Of a stretch of DNA of 64,000 nt, positions 37,886 to 49,948 are shown piece by piece. A program made the position numbers and the translations under genes. The DNA comes from Mobula hypostoma (taxonomy: Eukaryota): positions 206,090,001 to 206,154,000 of the forward strand of contig NC_086097.1 of the NCBI RefSeq assembly GCF_963921235.1. Direction: 5' to 3'. The number at the start of each line of letters is the position of its first letter. Position 1 is the first letter of the stretch. A model generated the notes under the pieces. It was not told the DNA's origin. It saw only the letters and a program-made list of their open reading frames with translations, and did no database searches.

Positions 37886-39648
37886 AATGACTCGATTGGA
37901 GGCAAAAGCTGATTTACCAAATGTCCATATTTCTGAATTATTGTTAACATACAGACAATTAACAAAAAATAAAACATTCGGTCCATCCAAGCCCTCTCAC
38001 ATAATTTCACATATCACTAGTATTTTCTTTTTAATTCATGTAACACTCCAGAGAGGGGTTAAAAAAAAAGATCTAAAATCTAGATTGAATTGGAGAAAAG
38101 TATTTTATAAAATTTCTTTTTAGCCTTTCTATGCCTTTGAAATTAGTCGAGGAGATCAGTAAAATACCCTATTTTAAAAATTATGGAGTCAGGTTGTTTA
38201 AATTTTTGTCATTCTAAGCTACATCAGTGCATACCATGGAAAAATGGGAATCCTGAAAATATTGAAGATTTTTGCAGGAACTTGTCCCAGTCTTCTTTGA
38301 TAACATCAAGGAAATGGAGTATAAGTATATTTCCTTGGGCTTTCTGGTGATGTTCTTTTGAAATTTTTGGCAGGAGATGGTCTAAATTCTACTCTCCACC
38401 GTTTAACTCCATGTTGTGTTATTTTTCAATTATTGCAAGTTGCTGATACTATCAGATATAACAATGGTACATTGCTGGAAATACTTCCAGTCCTCCAGGG
38501 ACAGAAAATTTAAATAGAACAAATCAGTGATGATTACCTGAGCACTTAGATTGTACATGGTTCCAACAAAATTCAGGTTGGGAAACCTATACAGTGGATA
38601 TTGACGGCCATTTCTGGCATATTTTCCTCTATACTTTACATGAAAAGCTGAACTATAAATAATACAACTGAATAATACCCATTAAACAAGTAACAATCAA
38701 GTTAAACCTCACAAATTCTATTTTGAAAAGTATCTATAAATAAGAAAAAGGTGCTTGCAAAAGGTCTTATAAGATGCCAGACAAAGAAGATTCCTTCTGA
38801 ATTGTGCTTGTTAAGTGCTTTGATGTGAATGTAGCACTGAAATCCAATTCAAATTATCTAGTGATTTTCACTGAAGTGGGAGATAGTTGACCAAACATTA
38901 CGGAGAATTTTTAAAGTTTTTTTGGCTTAGAATGATAGGCGCAATTTTCATTGTTTTGTATCTCATTATGTGCCTCACTGAAAGATATAAATTTTAACTC
39001 TATATTTATTAAAAAAATACTTGAATGGATGAAGTTATCCTTTAATGTTCCTCCAGTAATCTGCACAGTATTGAAATTTGGCTTGTCATGTTGCCAATCA
39101 AAACTGCCCATGCCAGATGAATATATTGTCTATTCAGTTAGCAGTTGAACCCTTCCAGTGTTAGAGAAACCAAGTCTTTCCACCTGAGCCCAGTTTTGTT
39201 CAAGAGTGAGCAAAACTGTACTGTTCACGGTTTGGGGACAGACAACTTCACTTGGATTCCAGGTTCCTGCATCCGCAGTTCCTTTCATTACACCACCGTT
39301 AAATCTCAAGGCATACACACTTTGAAGAAGTTTTCTTCCTTCAGTGCAGATGAAGGGTTTTCACCTGAAACGTTGACTGTCTATTTTCCTCCACAGACGC
39401 TGCCAGATCCACTGAGTTCCTCCATGAGCTCATTTCTTGCAAGATTACCATCTGTCTCAGGTCAAAGTGTGGCAAATCCAGTCCTTACTACTTTGTGTAA
39501 TCAGTGGGGGCGGGGTGTGCGGATAAAGACTTGACTTCCTCTCGTTAGAATTCATGAGTTCCGCAAATTTTCTTCACTCAACCCATGAACTTTGCGTGAG
39601 CTTCGCTTTTATCAGTTGTACGGGTGAAAACCTGAACACAATGATTCA

Positions 39649-40324
39649 GGCAACACACACAAAATACTGGTGAACGCAACAGGCCAGGCAGCATGTATAG
39701 GAAGAAGCACAGTCGACGTTTCGGGCCGAGACCCTTCGTCAGGACTAACGGAAAGAAGAGATAGTCAGAGATTTGAAAGTGGGAGGGGGAGGGGGAGATC
39801 CGAAACGATAGGAGAAGACAGGTGGGAGAAGGGATAGAGCTGGAAAGTTGACTAGCAAAAGGGATACAAGGCTGGAGAAGGGAGAGGATCATGGGACAGG
39901 AGGCCTAGGGGGAAAGAAAGGAGGAGGTGAGCACCAGAGGAAGATATGGCGAGAGGGACAGAGGGAGAAAAAAGAGAAAGAAAGGGGAAAAAATAAAAAA
40001 TAATAAAAAAATAAGGGATGGGGTAAGAACAGGAGGAGGGGCATGAACGGAAGTTAGAGAAGTTAATGTTCATGCCATCAGGTTGGAGGCTACCCAGACG
40101 GAATATAAGGTGTTGTTCCTCCAACCTGAGTATGGCTTCATCTTGACAGGACAGGAGGCCATAGACGGATGTATCAGAATGGGAATGGGACGTGGAATTA
40201 AAATGTGTGGCCACTGCTTTCTCTGGCGGACAGAGCGTAGGTGTTCAGTGAAATGGTCTCCCAGTCTGCATCTGGTCTCGCCAATATATAGAAGGCCGCA
40301 CTGGGAGTACCGGACGCAGTATAT
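39649..40324 (-). mobile_element. Penelope-like element, GIY-YIG fragment + pLTR
   Basis: IYCVRYSQCGLLYIGETRCRLGDHFTEH, RLEEQHLIFRLGSLQPDGMN; 12-bp TSD CACAATGATTCA (39637-39648, 40325-40336). Confidence 0.93.
39711..39746 (-). ncRNA. Minimal type-I hammerhead ribozyme motif
   Basis: Minus strand AGUC-CUGACGA-A-GGGU-CUCG-GCCC-GAAAC-GUC-GACU; all core residues present. Confidence 0.87.
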
Positions 40325-41106
40325 CACAATGATTCAAACTGTGATTGTTCTGGGCATCACCTCATGTTTTCTCCACCACCATCACGATGACCATTTGCAG
40401 ACCTACTGGTCAAACCAAACTCCAGATCGTGTACCACAGTCATGCAATAAATGAAGTGATATACAAGTGACAACTACTCGGTCTCAGGCACCAAAACTTG
40501 AGGCCATTCGCCCTTTGTGCATTTGATAACTTATGCTTCAAAAGTCTTAACTGTTTCTAAAAAAAAACAAAATACCTAAAAGTATACAAATAATTAAACT
40601 TTTAAAACAGAACGAAGAAGTAAATATACTTACTTTTCAAACCCCATTCATAATAAGGGCTACAGAAAAACTAGAGGCCAGATACAAAGTGCATTCAGCT
40701 CTTGAGCTCACAGCGTAACTGTGCTCCCCTCCCCACACCCCAGACTCAGTGTCGCCTGATCCTGTGTGTGCTGTCTGTGATACTGTACACAGGCATGGAA
40801 ATGAGACACACACACACACCTGTGCATCACAGTCAGCAGGCAGCTCTCCATGAGATAACCACCCACACAAGCCAGTCCAATATTCACTGACTCTCCAATG
40901 TCCTAGAAGAATGGCTTACATGCTTTTTATAAAAATAGCATTTTCTTTGGAACATTTAGTCATCAAAGGGCATATAATATTATTTATATTTCCATGCAAT
41001 TTCAATTGTCATTTCCTATGCTCCTCTAACATATGAAACGTCAACATTGGTTGTCTTCAGTGGATGATTGAGAATGTAAGCTTGTTCACACCTAGAAGCA
41101 AAAATA

Positions 41107-42740
41107 AAACACAAGAGGTTCTGCAGATGCTGGAAATCCAGTGCAACACACACACCAAATGTTGGAAGAATTCAGCAGACCAGACAGCATCTATGGAGAA
41201 GAATTAACGGTTGACGTTTTGGACTGAGGTCCTTCATCAGGATTGGAAAAGAAGGGGAAAAAAATGCCAGAATAAGAAGGTGGGGGAGGGGGAGGGGGAG
41301 GGGAGGGGGAGGAGTACAAACTCAAATGTGATAGGTGAAGCCAGACAGGTGGGCAAGAGGGGATGAAGTAAGAAGCTGAGAGGTATTAGGTGGAAAAGGT
41401 AAATGGCTGGGAGAAGAACTCTGATAGAAGAGGAGAGTGGACCATGGGAGAAAGGGAAGAAAGAGGGACACCAGGGTGAGATGATAGGCAGGTGAGGACA
41501 AATCGGGCGGGGGGGGGTGGTGTTATAGCAGGGGACTGAAGGCGGACCCAAAAGCAAGACAGAGACACTGCAGTTCTAGGAACAGGACTAAGTTTGACAA
41601 GAAAGCAAGGGAAGAAATGACACTGGACATTGACACAGGCCCTGGACGAGACTAGGATTCAGGGCCTGGGCTAGGACTTGGGCTAGAAAAGCAGGACCAG
41701 GACAAGGAACTTGGAACTAGCAGCCTGGGCTAGGACTCCGAGCCAGAGACTGGACAGGGACCCGGAACCTGGGTCTTGTCTCGGGCTCGGACCCCGAATC
41801 TAGGCGAGGATGAGACCTGGCTACAGGACTGGATGTGGAACTCCTGCACAGGACGAGGCACCTGGACAGGATGAGAACACAAAGCCATGACTTGGACAGG
41901 ACGAGGTTCTTGGACAGGACGAGGTTCTTGGATGTGGCTTGGACAGGACAAGGGAACTCCAGCACCGGGCTGGGCGAGGTACTCCTGGGCTGGGCAAGGA
42001 ATCTCCAGCACAGGACGTGGCTCTTGAACTAGATTTGGCTGGGCTCTTGGACTTGGCTTGATTAGGCTCTTGGGTACAGAGCTAGGACTCCTCCTTGGAG
42101 CGCAGGGCTGGGATGACTGCTGAGGTAAACTGCTGAAGATTCAGATGGGAATGATCCAGCACAGGACGAGGAATTTCCAGCACGGGCTGGGCGAGAACAC
42201 AAAGCCTTGACTTGGACAGGACTGTAACTTGGAACACAGGAACACAGAACACAGAGCCGGGACCCCTCTGAGAGAACAGGACATAGGGCCGGGACTCTTC
42301 TAGACACAGAACATTAAACACGAGGATACAAAGAGACAGTTCCAAAGCCAACGATAGATTGTTCCTTATCTTGACGCGACAAGGCTCCAGTCTCTCTCCA
42401 GCGGGTTAACTTGATGGGGAATTCTGACGAAGTGGCAGACGAATATAGCAGGCAAGGTTGCAGGTGAGGATTCGGAAGGAAGGGGAAGGGAAGAGAAGGG
42501 ATCAGTCCAGCAACCAATCCTGGTTTGCAGAGGTATTTATGTGCCAGACCGAAATGAGAATCAGGTGCCTCAATTAAGGCACCCAACAGAACAAGGGAGA
42601 GAACTGGAAAACCCAGAACAAGGATTGAGGGACCGGACTGTGAACTGGAATGTGGACTTCACGGACCGGACCATGACGGTTGAGGGGTGGGCAGAGTAGG
42701 GAATTAAAGAAAAAGGAAAGGGGAGGGTGATCCATGGATC
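41107..42740 (-). mobile_element. Older Penelope pLTR remnant interrupted by an LTR
   Basis: CTGCAGATGCTGGAAATCC...GGTTGACGTTTTGGACTGAGGTCCTTCATCAGGA, then a purine tract that resumes after 42678. Confidence 0.75.
41521..42678 (-). mobile_element. Long solo LTR with internal tandem repeats
   Basis: Termini TGTTAT...CATGACG (last base not the canonical A); flanks GTGG/GTTG (1 mismatch); TATA-like CATAAATA on minus; repeated GGACAGGACGAGG units. Confidence 0.7.
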
Positions 42741-42864
42741 CATGTAGCAAGTGGCAAAGATGACAATGTTAACTTTGCTATCAAAATTAATTCCCTTAGA
42801 TAGGCAGTCAAACATCTTCCATCCGAATAAAACAGACAGACCACAGATGTGCCTCTAACAGGTT

Positions 42865-43015
42865 AGAGAATCACATAATAACACATCATGGAAAGAAGCC
42901 CTTTGGCCCAACTCATCCACTCTGACTATGGTGCATATAAGGCTAGTCCCATTTGTCTGCATATGGACAATATCCCTCTAAACACTCCTGTCCATTTTCT
43001 TATCCACGTGCCTTT
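42865..43015 (-). mobile_element. CR1 3' tail fragment
   Basis: GCCCTTTGGCCCAACTCATCCA...AGTCCCATTTGTCTGC; similar to the CR1 3' end at 61213-61340. Confidence 0.7.
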
Positions 43016-44366
43016 TGTGACCTTTACATTCAGTAGCATAAAGTAAATGGAATGCGAAATCAGTTGGACTTTGCTTCACTGTAGTCAAAATTTCTGAATC
43101 ACACCATGCTGGGGAAGAGGAAAGTTGAGAGTACCAAGGTATTAACATTTCCTATTTCTTTTACAGAGCATCAAGGGCATGTTTCCTAATATGACCAAAA
43201 GAACCACACACTTAGAGACCAGCCACACAGAAATATGGTAGGCTGAAGTTACCTACTGATCTGAAGTTAATATGGAAACTCAGAATACAAAGATACATTT
43301 CTGAGTGGGGTGGAGTTCCTAATGGCCTTCTTCCAATACAAACTTTGCTGCTTAAATTATTGTTATTAAAGGGCAGTACATCTCAATCATGTCAGCCAAG
43401 TTTAAATCCCAGTAAACTCATACTTCAAACGTTATTGTTGTTGAAAAACTAAGTTAATCAACTATGATGATGATCCTCCTTCCAAAATATAGTGAAAAGA
43501 TTGCCTGACATCACAAGAGACTGATTAAAACCTTATTAGGAAGATGTGAATTCAGACCACAGTTCCAAAATATCTCTGATATTTAATGCAATTATTTTAT
43601 AGAACTCACCAGAAAGCAGCATTTCCTAGGGTCAACACAGCCAGACAGCACTACAAACTGGTTTAAGTACATACAAAGGTTATTGTTATTTAAGTCATTG
43701 GAAAATAAACTATAGTTTCTTCACAGTTTTCACAAAAATGTTTAATAACTTCCAGACAATGATTATGTTATTTTAAACACATTTAGTTTGAAGGGATTTT
43801 TAAAATTCCCTTGCTTATTGAATTATATTTTTCAGTAAACTGACTCTGACTGGAGCCAACTAAGGCTCATGCAACCATTGTAGATTCTATTTATTCAATT
43901 TATAATATGAAATAAACAATCTTCCCACCACACCCATCAAACCTCATTCCATCCAAATTCATAACAATTTAATCCAGCAGTTCTTTTCACACACAACGTT
44001 AAACTTTCCATCAAATATCGAAAAAAACTTTCAACAGGTGCCAATAAACTGGTATTGTGGTCTTGCTGGCACCGTTCAAGTAATATCCCATTCAGTGAAA
44101 AGTAGTTATTTTAGCAACTGTTATATTAAAAAAAATCACTTAACTTACAGCTGATGCTTTCCAAAATCAGAAGTTAAAACTAACGTTTCTCAGTAGCACA
44201 GAAAAAAAAAATCTTTTCCAAACTGAGTTATATTTGGCTCAATTCATTATTAAGCTTCAGACTTAATAGCTTTACAGACTTCGTGAACACCACAAAAAGC
44301 TAGTAGTTAACTGAACTCACAATGTGAAACAAACTTTCAAACAACTTTCAAAAGTTCTGTACTTAC

Positions 44367-44524
44367 AGGATAACAATCTGCGGTGCTACTTTGGGGATGT
44401 GATCCAACATCAAGTGCATACAGCGGACAGTGGTTCTGAAGCAGAGACATCGGCTTGGGCAGGAGGAGAGCTCAGAGAAGAGGTGAAACAAAATAGTTAC
44501 GAGAAGGAAACATTTGCGTCCCAT
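44367..44524 (-). CDS. PXDNL: Peroxidasin-family gene, first coding exon (signal peptide + LRR N-terminal cap); PXDNL-like, paralogue assignment tentative
   Basis: ATG at 44524 in strong Kozak context (AGGATGG); encodes [52 protein letters not shown](L); ends at canonical donor CT|GTAAGT, phase 2. [17 protein letters not shown] is the peroxidasin signature, and MLDHIP matches human PXDNL as I recall it. Confidence 0.92.
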
Positions 44525-45569
44525 CCTGAGAGAGATGGGATCAGTGGCAGTGCCTGGAGCTGCAGATTCTGAACTGAAAGAGTGGGGTCTGGGCAAGTTT
44601 AAGTCAGCTTGAACATCCAATCAGACCACAACCAGGATCATATTACAGCACGGGAGCGGAAAGAATCCAACAGCTTTCTCCACAATGCACTGCCAAAATT
44701 AGGGTAGCCCAAATGCTGAGATTTAAAGACACAAAATTACCAGCATTGTTTCCACAAAGCTGCAAAAATGCCAGGGCCATTTTTTGAAAGTTCATAAAGA
44801 TATTAACTTCAGGGTGATACTTGCAAATTAACGTCCTTCATGCAGTAATTTATATACTGCAACATGGAATCATGCATATCAGAGACAATCCCAAATTTTA
44901 ATTCATCTCACTTTCCATATCTTCAAAAAAAATCTTCCCCTTTTCATTTTTAGCACAGTGATGCAGTGGAAACTTCTAAGAAACTAGATCAGGACAAGAC
45001 ATCCTTGATGAACTTTGGCTCTTCTTGAATATAATTTAAATGTTATTCACTCAATTTCCATTCACCCAGATTGAGTTTTTTCTATTACTAACATGTATCA
45101 TGGGAAATTTAATATCAATGCTTATTCATGAGAAGTAAATTAAGCTAAATATAATTGCTTACGGATTCTTAATAAGTTTATTTTTGCTTATATTAACATC
45201 TAAATTTTAATGTATTCTACTTTATGTGTTCTTAGTAATTTAAATTGCCTATCTATTTAACCTATAACCATTCAATGCCATTCTTTGGCTGATCGCTGAA
45301 ATTTATACCTCAAAGTGTTGATTATCATTTGTCACAGTGCTTAACTGAATAACTGCTGAGGTTTAATACTGTGGGCTAGCAGGTTATCAGCAATTAAAGT
45401 CAAATCTGATCCTTTCTTCATGTTCACACCTGTGAAGTATCGGATCATTTTGTGTCTGGAGCAGCAATGTAAATCCAGCCTGAGCCTTGTTCACAAGGGC
45501 AATTTCTGGGCAATGACTTGCCATTGAATATGAAACATATTAATTTGAACCAGATCAGAGGCAAAATGG

Positions 45570-46710
45570 AGTGGGGAATAGGAGGTGGGGGGTGGTGGGA
45601 TTATTTGTTCACTGGATGGAGAAATCTACATTCATGTCATCAGATTGGAGGCTACCCAGATGGAACATAAATCAGGTGTTTCTCCTCCACCCTGAGGGTG
45701 GCGTCGTCTTGCTGAAAGAAGAGGTCATGGATCGACATGTTGGAATGGGAATGGGAATTAAAGTGTTTGGCCACCTGGAAGTTTTGCCTGTGGGGGATGG
45801 TGCTAAGGTGCTCAGTGAAGCGGTCCCCCAATTTACGTCGGATCTCACCGACGTAGAGGCGGCCTCATCAGGAGCACTGGACACAACAGACGACCCCAGC
45901 AGATTGGTAGGTGAAGTGTTGCCTCACCTGGAAGGACTGTTTGGAGCCCTGAATGGAAGTGAGGGAGGAGGTGAATGGGCAGGTGTAGGCCACTTGCAGG
46001 GATAAGGTCTGGAGGGAGATTAGTGGGGAGGGACAAATGGACAAGGGATCTGTGGAGGGAGCAATCCCTGTGTAAAGCTGAGGGGGTGGGTAAAGATATG
46101 TTTAGTAGTAGGATCCCTTTAGAGATGGCTAACTTGCGGAGGATAACATATTGGATGTGGGGACTGATGGGGTGGTAGGTAAGGACAGGAGGGACTTTAT
46201 TAGTACAACGATGGTGGGAAGATGGGGTGAGTGCAGGTGTACAGTAAATGGAGGTTATGCGGGTGAGGGCAGCATCAATAGTGGAGGAAGGGAAAACCCG
46301 TTCTTTAAAGAAGGAGGACATCTCTGATGTCCTAGAATGGAAAGCCAAGTCCTGGGAATAGATGCAGTAGTAGCAAAGATACTGAAAAACAGGAATAGCA
46401 TTTTTATAGCAGATAGGGTGGGAAGAGATATAGTCCAGATTACCATAAGAATCAATATTTTTATACAAGATGTCAGTAGATAGTTTCAAACAAGAGAAAG
46501 TCCGCAGATGCTGGAAATCCAAGCAATACACACAAAAGGGTCCTGCCGCAGGGTTTCGGTCTCAAACGTCGACTGTACTCTTTTCCATTGATGCTGCCTG
46601 GCTTGCTGAGTTCCTCCAACATTTTGTGTGTGTTAGTTGACAGCTTGTCTCCAGAGATGGAGACAGAGAGATCGAGAAAGGGGAGGGAGGTGTCAGAAAT
46701 GGAGTAACCT
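45570..46710 (-). mobile_element. Degraded Penelope-like ORF (RT C-terminus + GIY-YIG) with nested palindromic pLTR piece (~46488-46632)
   Basis: LPFLDLSVSISGDKLST, LDYISSHPICYKNAIP, PPVLTYHP; similar to 15700-16060. Confidence 0.88.
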
Positions 46711-48637
46711 AAAAAATTCAAATTGCAGCATATTAGAAATTACAAGCAGGGCTTCTCAAACAATGCTAATAATACTGGCAGATAATCAAAAATGAGTTTT
46801 CTACCAATATGACTGAAATTAAAACCCAACATTAACAAACTGATGCTTGCTTGGACGAACAAGGCCTAAACAAATGACAGAAGTACCTACTTTTCTTAAA
46901 TTTTAAACATGAAATCACAATTTACACATTTTAAGTAAAAAATGCAACATTTATGAAATAAAATCACAGAACACTTTCAGATTTTTAATGTGGCATATCT
47001 GATGCTAAATAAACAAACTCTAAGATGCAATAATTAAACAGCGTAGCTCTGAGGGGTATAAAGCTTTGGAAATGCTTCAAATTAAAGGATACTTGCTGGC
47101 AGTATTGAACTGCTTGCACTTGCTTCTGATCTCTATGGTTAGTTTGGACCCGTTTGATCTGCTAGCGTTGATTCGCTTCCCAAAGGTACCTTATTCCAAC
47201 ATAGTTAAACACTGCAATAAGGGATTTTTTTTGCAATTTGGTTCCATTCTGTCAACAGACCAGGACCACACACAAGTAACAGAAATCACTCCCAGGCCTA
47301 GTCATCTGTCAAACCTGCTAAGGATTCTTAATGCCTCTGACATTAAACATCAATAAAATAATTCATAATAAATAAGATTGTTTAATATATTAACACATTT
47401 AATTGTTTTAACTAATTAAACCATACATTCAGATGTAATTAAATTAGGAAACTGCAAATTACTTTATATTCTCTAGGCACTTCTGCTCCATGCAAATGGT
47501 TTTCCATTCCTCAGAATTCTTTCTGGAGAACAGCAGCATCTTCCTTCTCCAGAAAGTTCTGGACTTCTGCTTTTGCACAAGTATGCTGAACTTACTGGCT
47601 TTTATGGTGAGAAATGTTAGCAGCTGGGTTGACATTTGAAACAACTTAAAACTCACAATGAAATATCTGTTTGGATCCTGCTACATCTATATTTTTGACT
47701 AATTACTTATATTCCTTCAACAGCTGTAAATAGAAGCAGGCATATCAATATAAGTACTTCAATGATACTGAAGTGACAAAAGTTAAGCAAGAAAATGAGA
47801 TCCTAGCACACAAACAGAAGCAGGCCACTTACAATATATCCAGATTTCTTCAATTGATTATGCTGAAGAAAAAAGAACATTTATTCAACTCTACACTTTG
47901 CACATTAGTAAAAAGGGAATCCTAGGTCTATTTGCTTTCAGTAACTCCATCATGAATAAGATACAGGGAATTTGACCTCAGGATAAGTACATGTTAAACA
48001 TACTTAATTTGAAAGCACAGATCCAAAAACAGAGCTCGACTGTTAATAAGTCACTTGTACTTGAACTGTTGTATGTTCATGAACCCAGCTGAACCTGGAC
48101 AGCAGGTAAATTAGTTGCATGCAAGGATACCATTAGCTATTCAACAGGATGGAAATCGAAGGGGAAAGTAGCACTTGGAAGGAAGTTTCATCAACTTAAG
48201 GTCATGATTCCCGTGTCCACAGCATTGAAATGTTCATCTGGAAAATGTGAAACTCAGGAAGATCAGAACACAATTGGAAGATTGGTTTTCTTGATTGTGC
48301 AGTAAGAAAACATTGGAGGAAAATCCTATAGCAAAAGTAAGTTATTGATAAAGATACACACACAAAATGCTGAGTTCCTACAGCACTTTGAGTGTGTTTC
48401 TTGGATTTCCAGCATCTGCAGATTTTCTCTTGCTTGGTATCGATAAAGCTGTCAGTCTGGGAGCTGAGGAGGGGGTTATTGAAAATCTGCAGCAACTTAG
48501 AAATGGAAGTAGATATTTCATTCTGTTGCATTAAGACTAATGATAATTCTTATACCATATGGAAATATTTCCATGTTCATTTACCTGGAGAGGTTGATTG
48601 ATACCTACGTAATTAGTTCAAATGAAATAAGGCTGTA

Positions 48638-49040
48638 AACACAAAATACTCTGCAGACTCTGGGGTCAAAGCAGCACTCACAGCACACTGGGGGAGCTCA
48701 GCAGGTCGGGCAGCATCTGTGGAAACGATCAGTCAACATTTCGAGCTGGAACTCTTCGTCAGGACTGAAGAGGGAGGGGGCAGAGGCCCTATAAAGAAGG
48801 TGGGGGGAGGGTGGGAAGGAGAAGGCTGGTAGGTGCCAGATGAAAAACCAGTAAGGGGAAAGATAAAGGGGTGGGGGAGGGGAAGCAGGAAAGGTGAAGA
48901 AAGAATAGGGGAAAGCACAATGGGTAGTAGAAGGAGGCGGAACCATGAGGGAAGTGATAGGCAGCTGGGGGAGGGGGCAGAGTGCAACTGGGATGGGTCC
49001 CTCCCCCTCCCTTCCCCATCCCTTCTTTGGGGTCAAAGGG
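48638..49040 (-). mobile_element. Penelope pLTR remnant with near-intact hammerhead (48731-48766)
   Basis: Minus strand AGTCCTGACGAAGAGTTCCAGCTCGAAATGTTGACT, followed on + by a purine tract. Confidence 0.8.
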
Positions 49041-49269
49041 GAAAGATAACAATAATTTCTGATGTTAATCTGATTTTGTTATGCTTTGTTTTCAATGCGT
49101 TCTTTAAAACTTTTTATAACATAGCAGGAAAATATGAATTGATTAAATCAGATTTCTGACTTTGAAAATGTGCACTTTTAATAGGTTGAATAATTTTGAA
49201 GATTTGACTTTATTTAAATCTTACATCCATCCCACAACATGAGCGAATAAAAATCTTTGTGTTGACTCC

Positions 49270-49540
49270 GTCGCGATGTACAGACAGGTGAATTTGTAAG
49301 TCTAATGGCTTGTGGTAAGAAGCTGTCCCGTAGCCTGTTGGTCCTGGCTTTAATGCTGCGGTATTGATGTTGATTGGGGCGAGCCTGTCTCCGTTCCTCC
49401 TGTAATCCACAATCAGCTCTTTTCTTTTTTGGATGTTGAGGGAGAGGTTGTTATCTTAGCACACTGTGTCACCTCTCCTCTGTAGGTTGCTTCATCACCA
49501 CTAGAAATAAGGCCAATCAATGTTGTGTCATCTGCAATTT
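49270..49540 (-). mobile_element. Rex1/Babar-type RT fragment
   Basis: Minus strand KFADDTTLIGLIS and KELIVDYRR. Confidence 0.75.
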
Positions 49541-49948
49541 CTTTTCTATACCAAGTTATGGTTTCTTGCATTTTGAAAAGACATCATCAGTCTAGTGGCT
49601 GCCTTGATTAGCAACTGTGCATGTAATCAATTTAACTTGTAGTAAATCGTGCTAGTGATAATTTCTGAGTGAAATTACATTCACTCCTAAATATGGCCAG
49701 GAATTTCATGAACAATTTGCATGGCATGCCTGAGATTTCCTGGCATCAGGACCATGCCTAATGGGTTTGCTATTTATACACTGCCCATTCTCACCATTAC
49801 CAACGTACATAGGATCCACGTTATACTTGATTCAGAGTGGTGATAAATCAACAGAGAGGACCAAAAATGTTACAATAGCATTGCTACTCTTTTAGATTCA
49901 GGAGACAACCAATCACCCTAATAATCCCTTGCACCATTCTGTACAAAG

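Noticed and set aside
37238..37990. 250-aa minus-strand ORF
   Set aside because: Antisense shadow of the CR1 3' region.
39280..39318. LRFN peptide (MYALRFNGG) on the minus strand as possible peroxidasin exon 2 (DLRFNRI...)
   Set aside because: Only four residues match, no LRR pattern follows and there is no suitable acceptor; exon 2 was not found in the window.
41860..42230. CRISPR-like repeat array
   Set aside because: Irregular degenerate tandem units with no unique spacers, inside an LTR of a eukaryotic genome.
47459..47680. Minus-strand ORF ending at a GTAA donor-like site
   Set aside because: No polypyrimidine acceptor and no recognisable homology.
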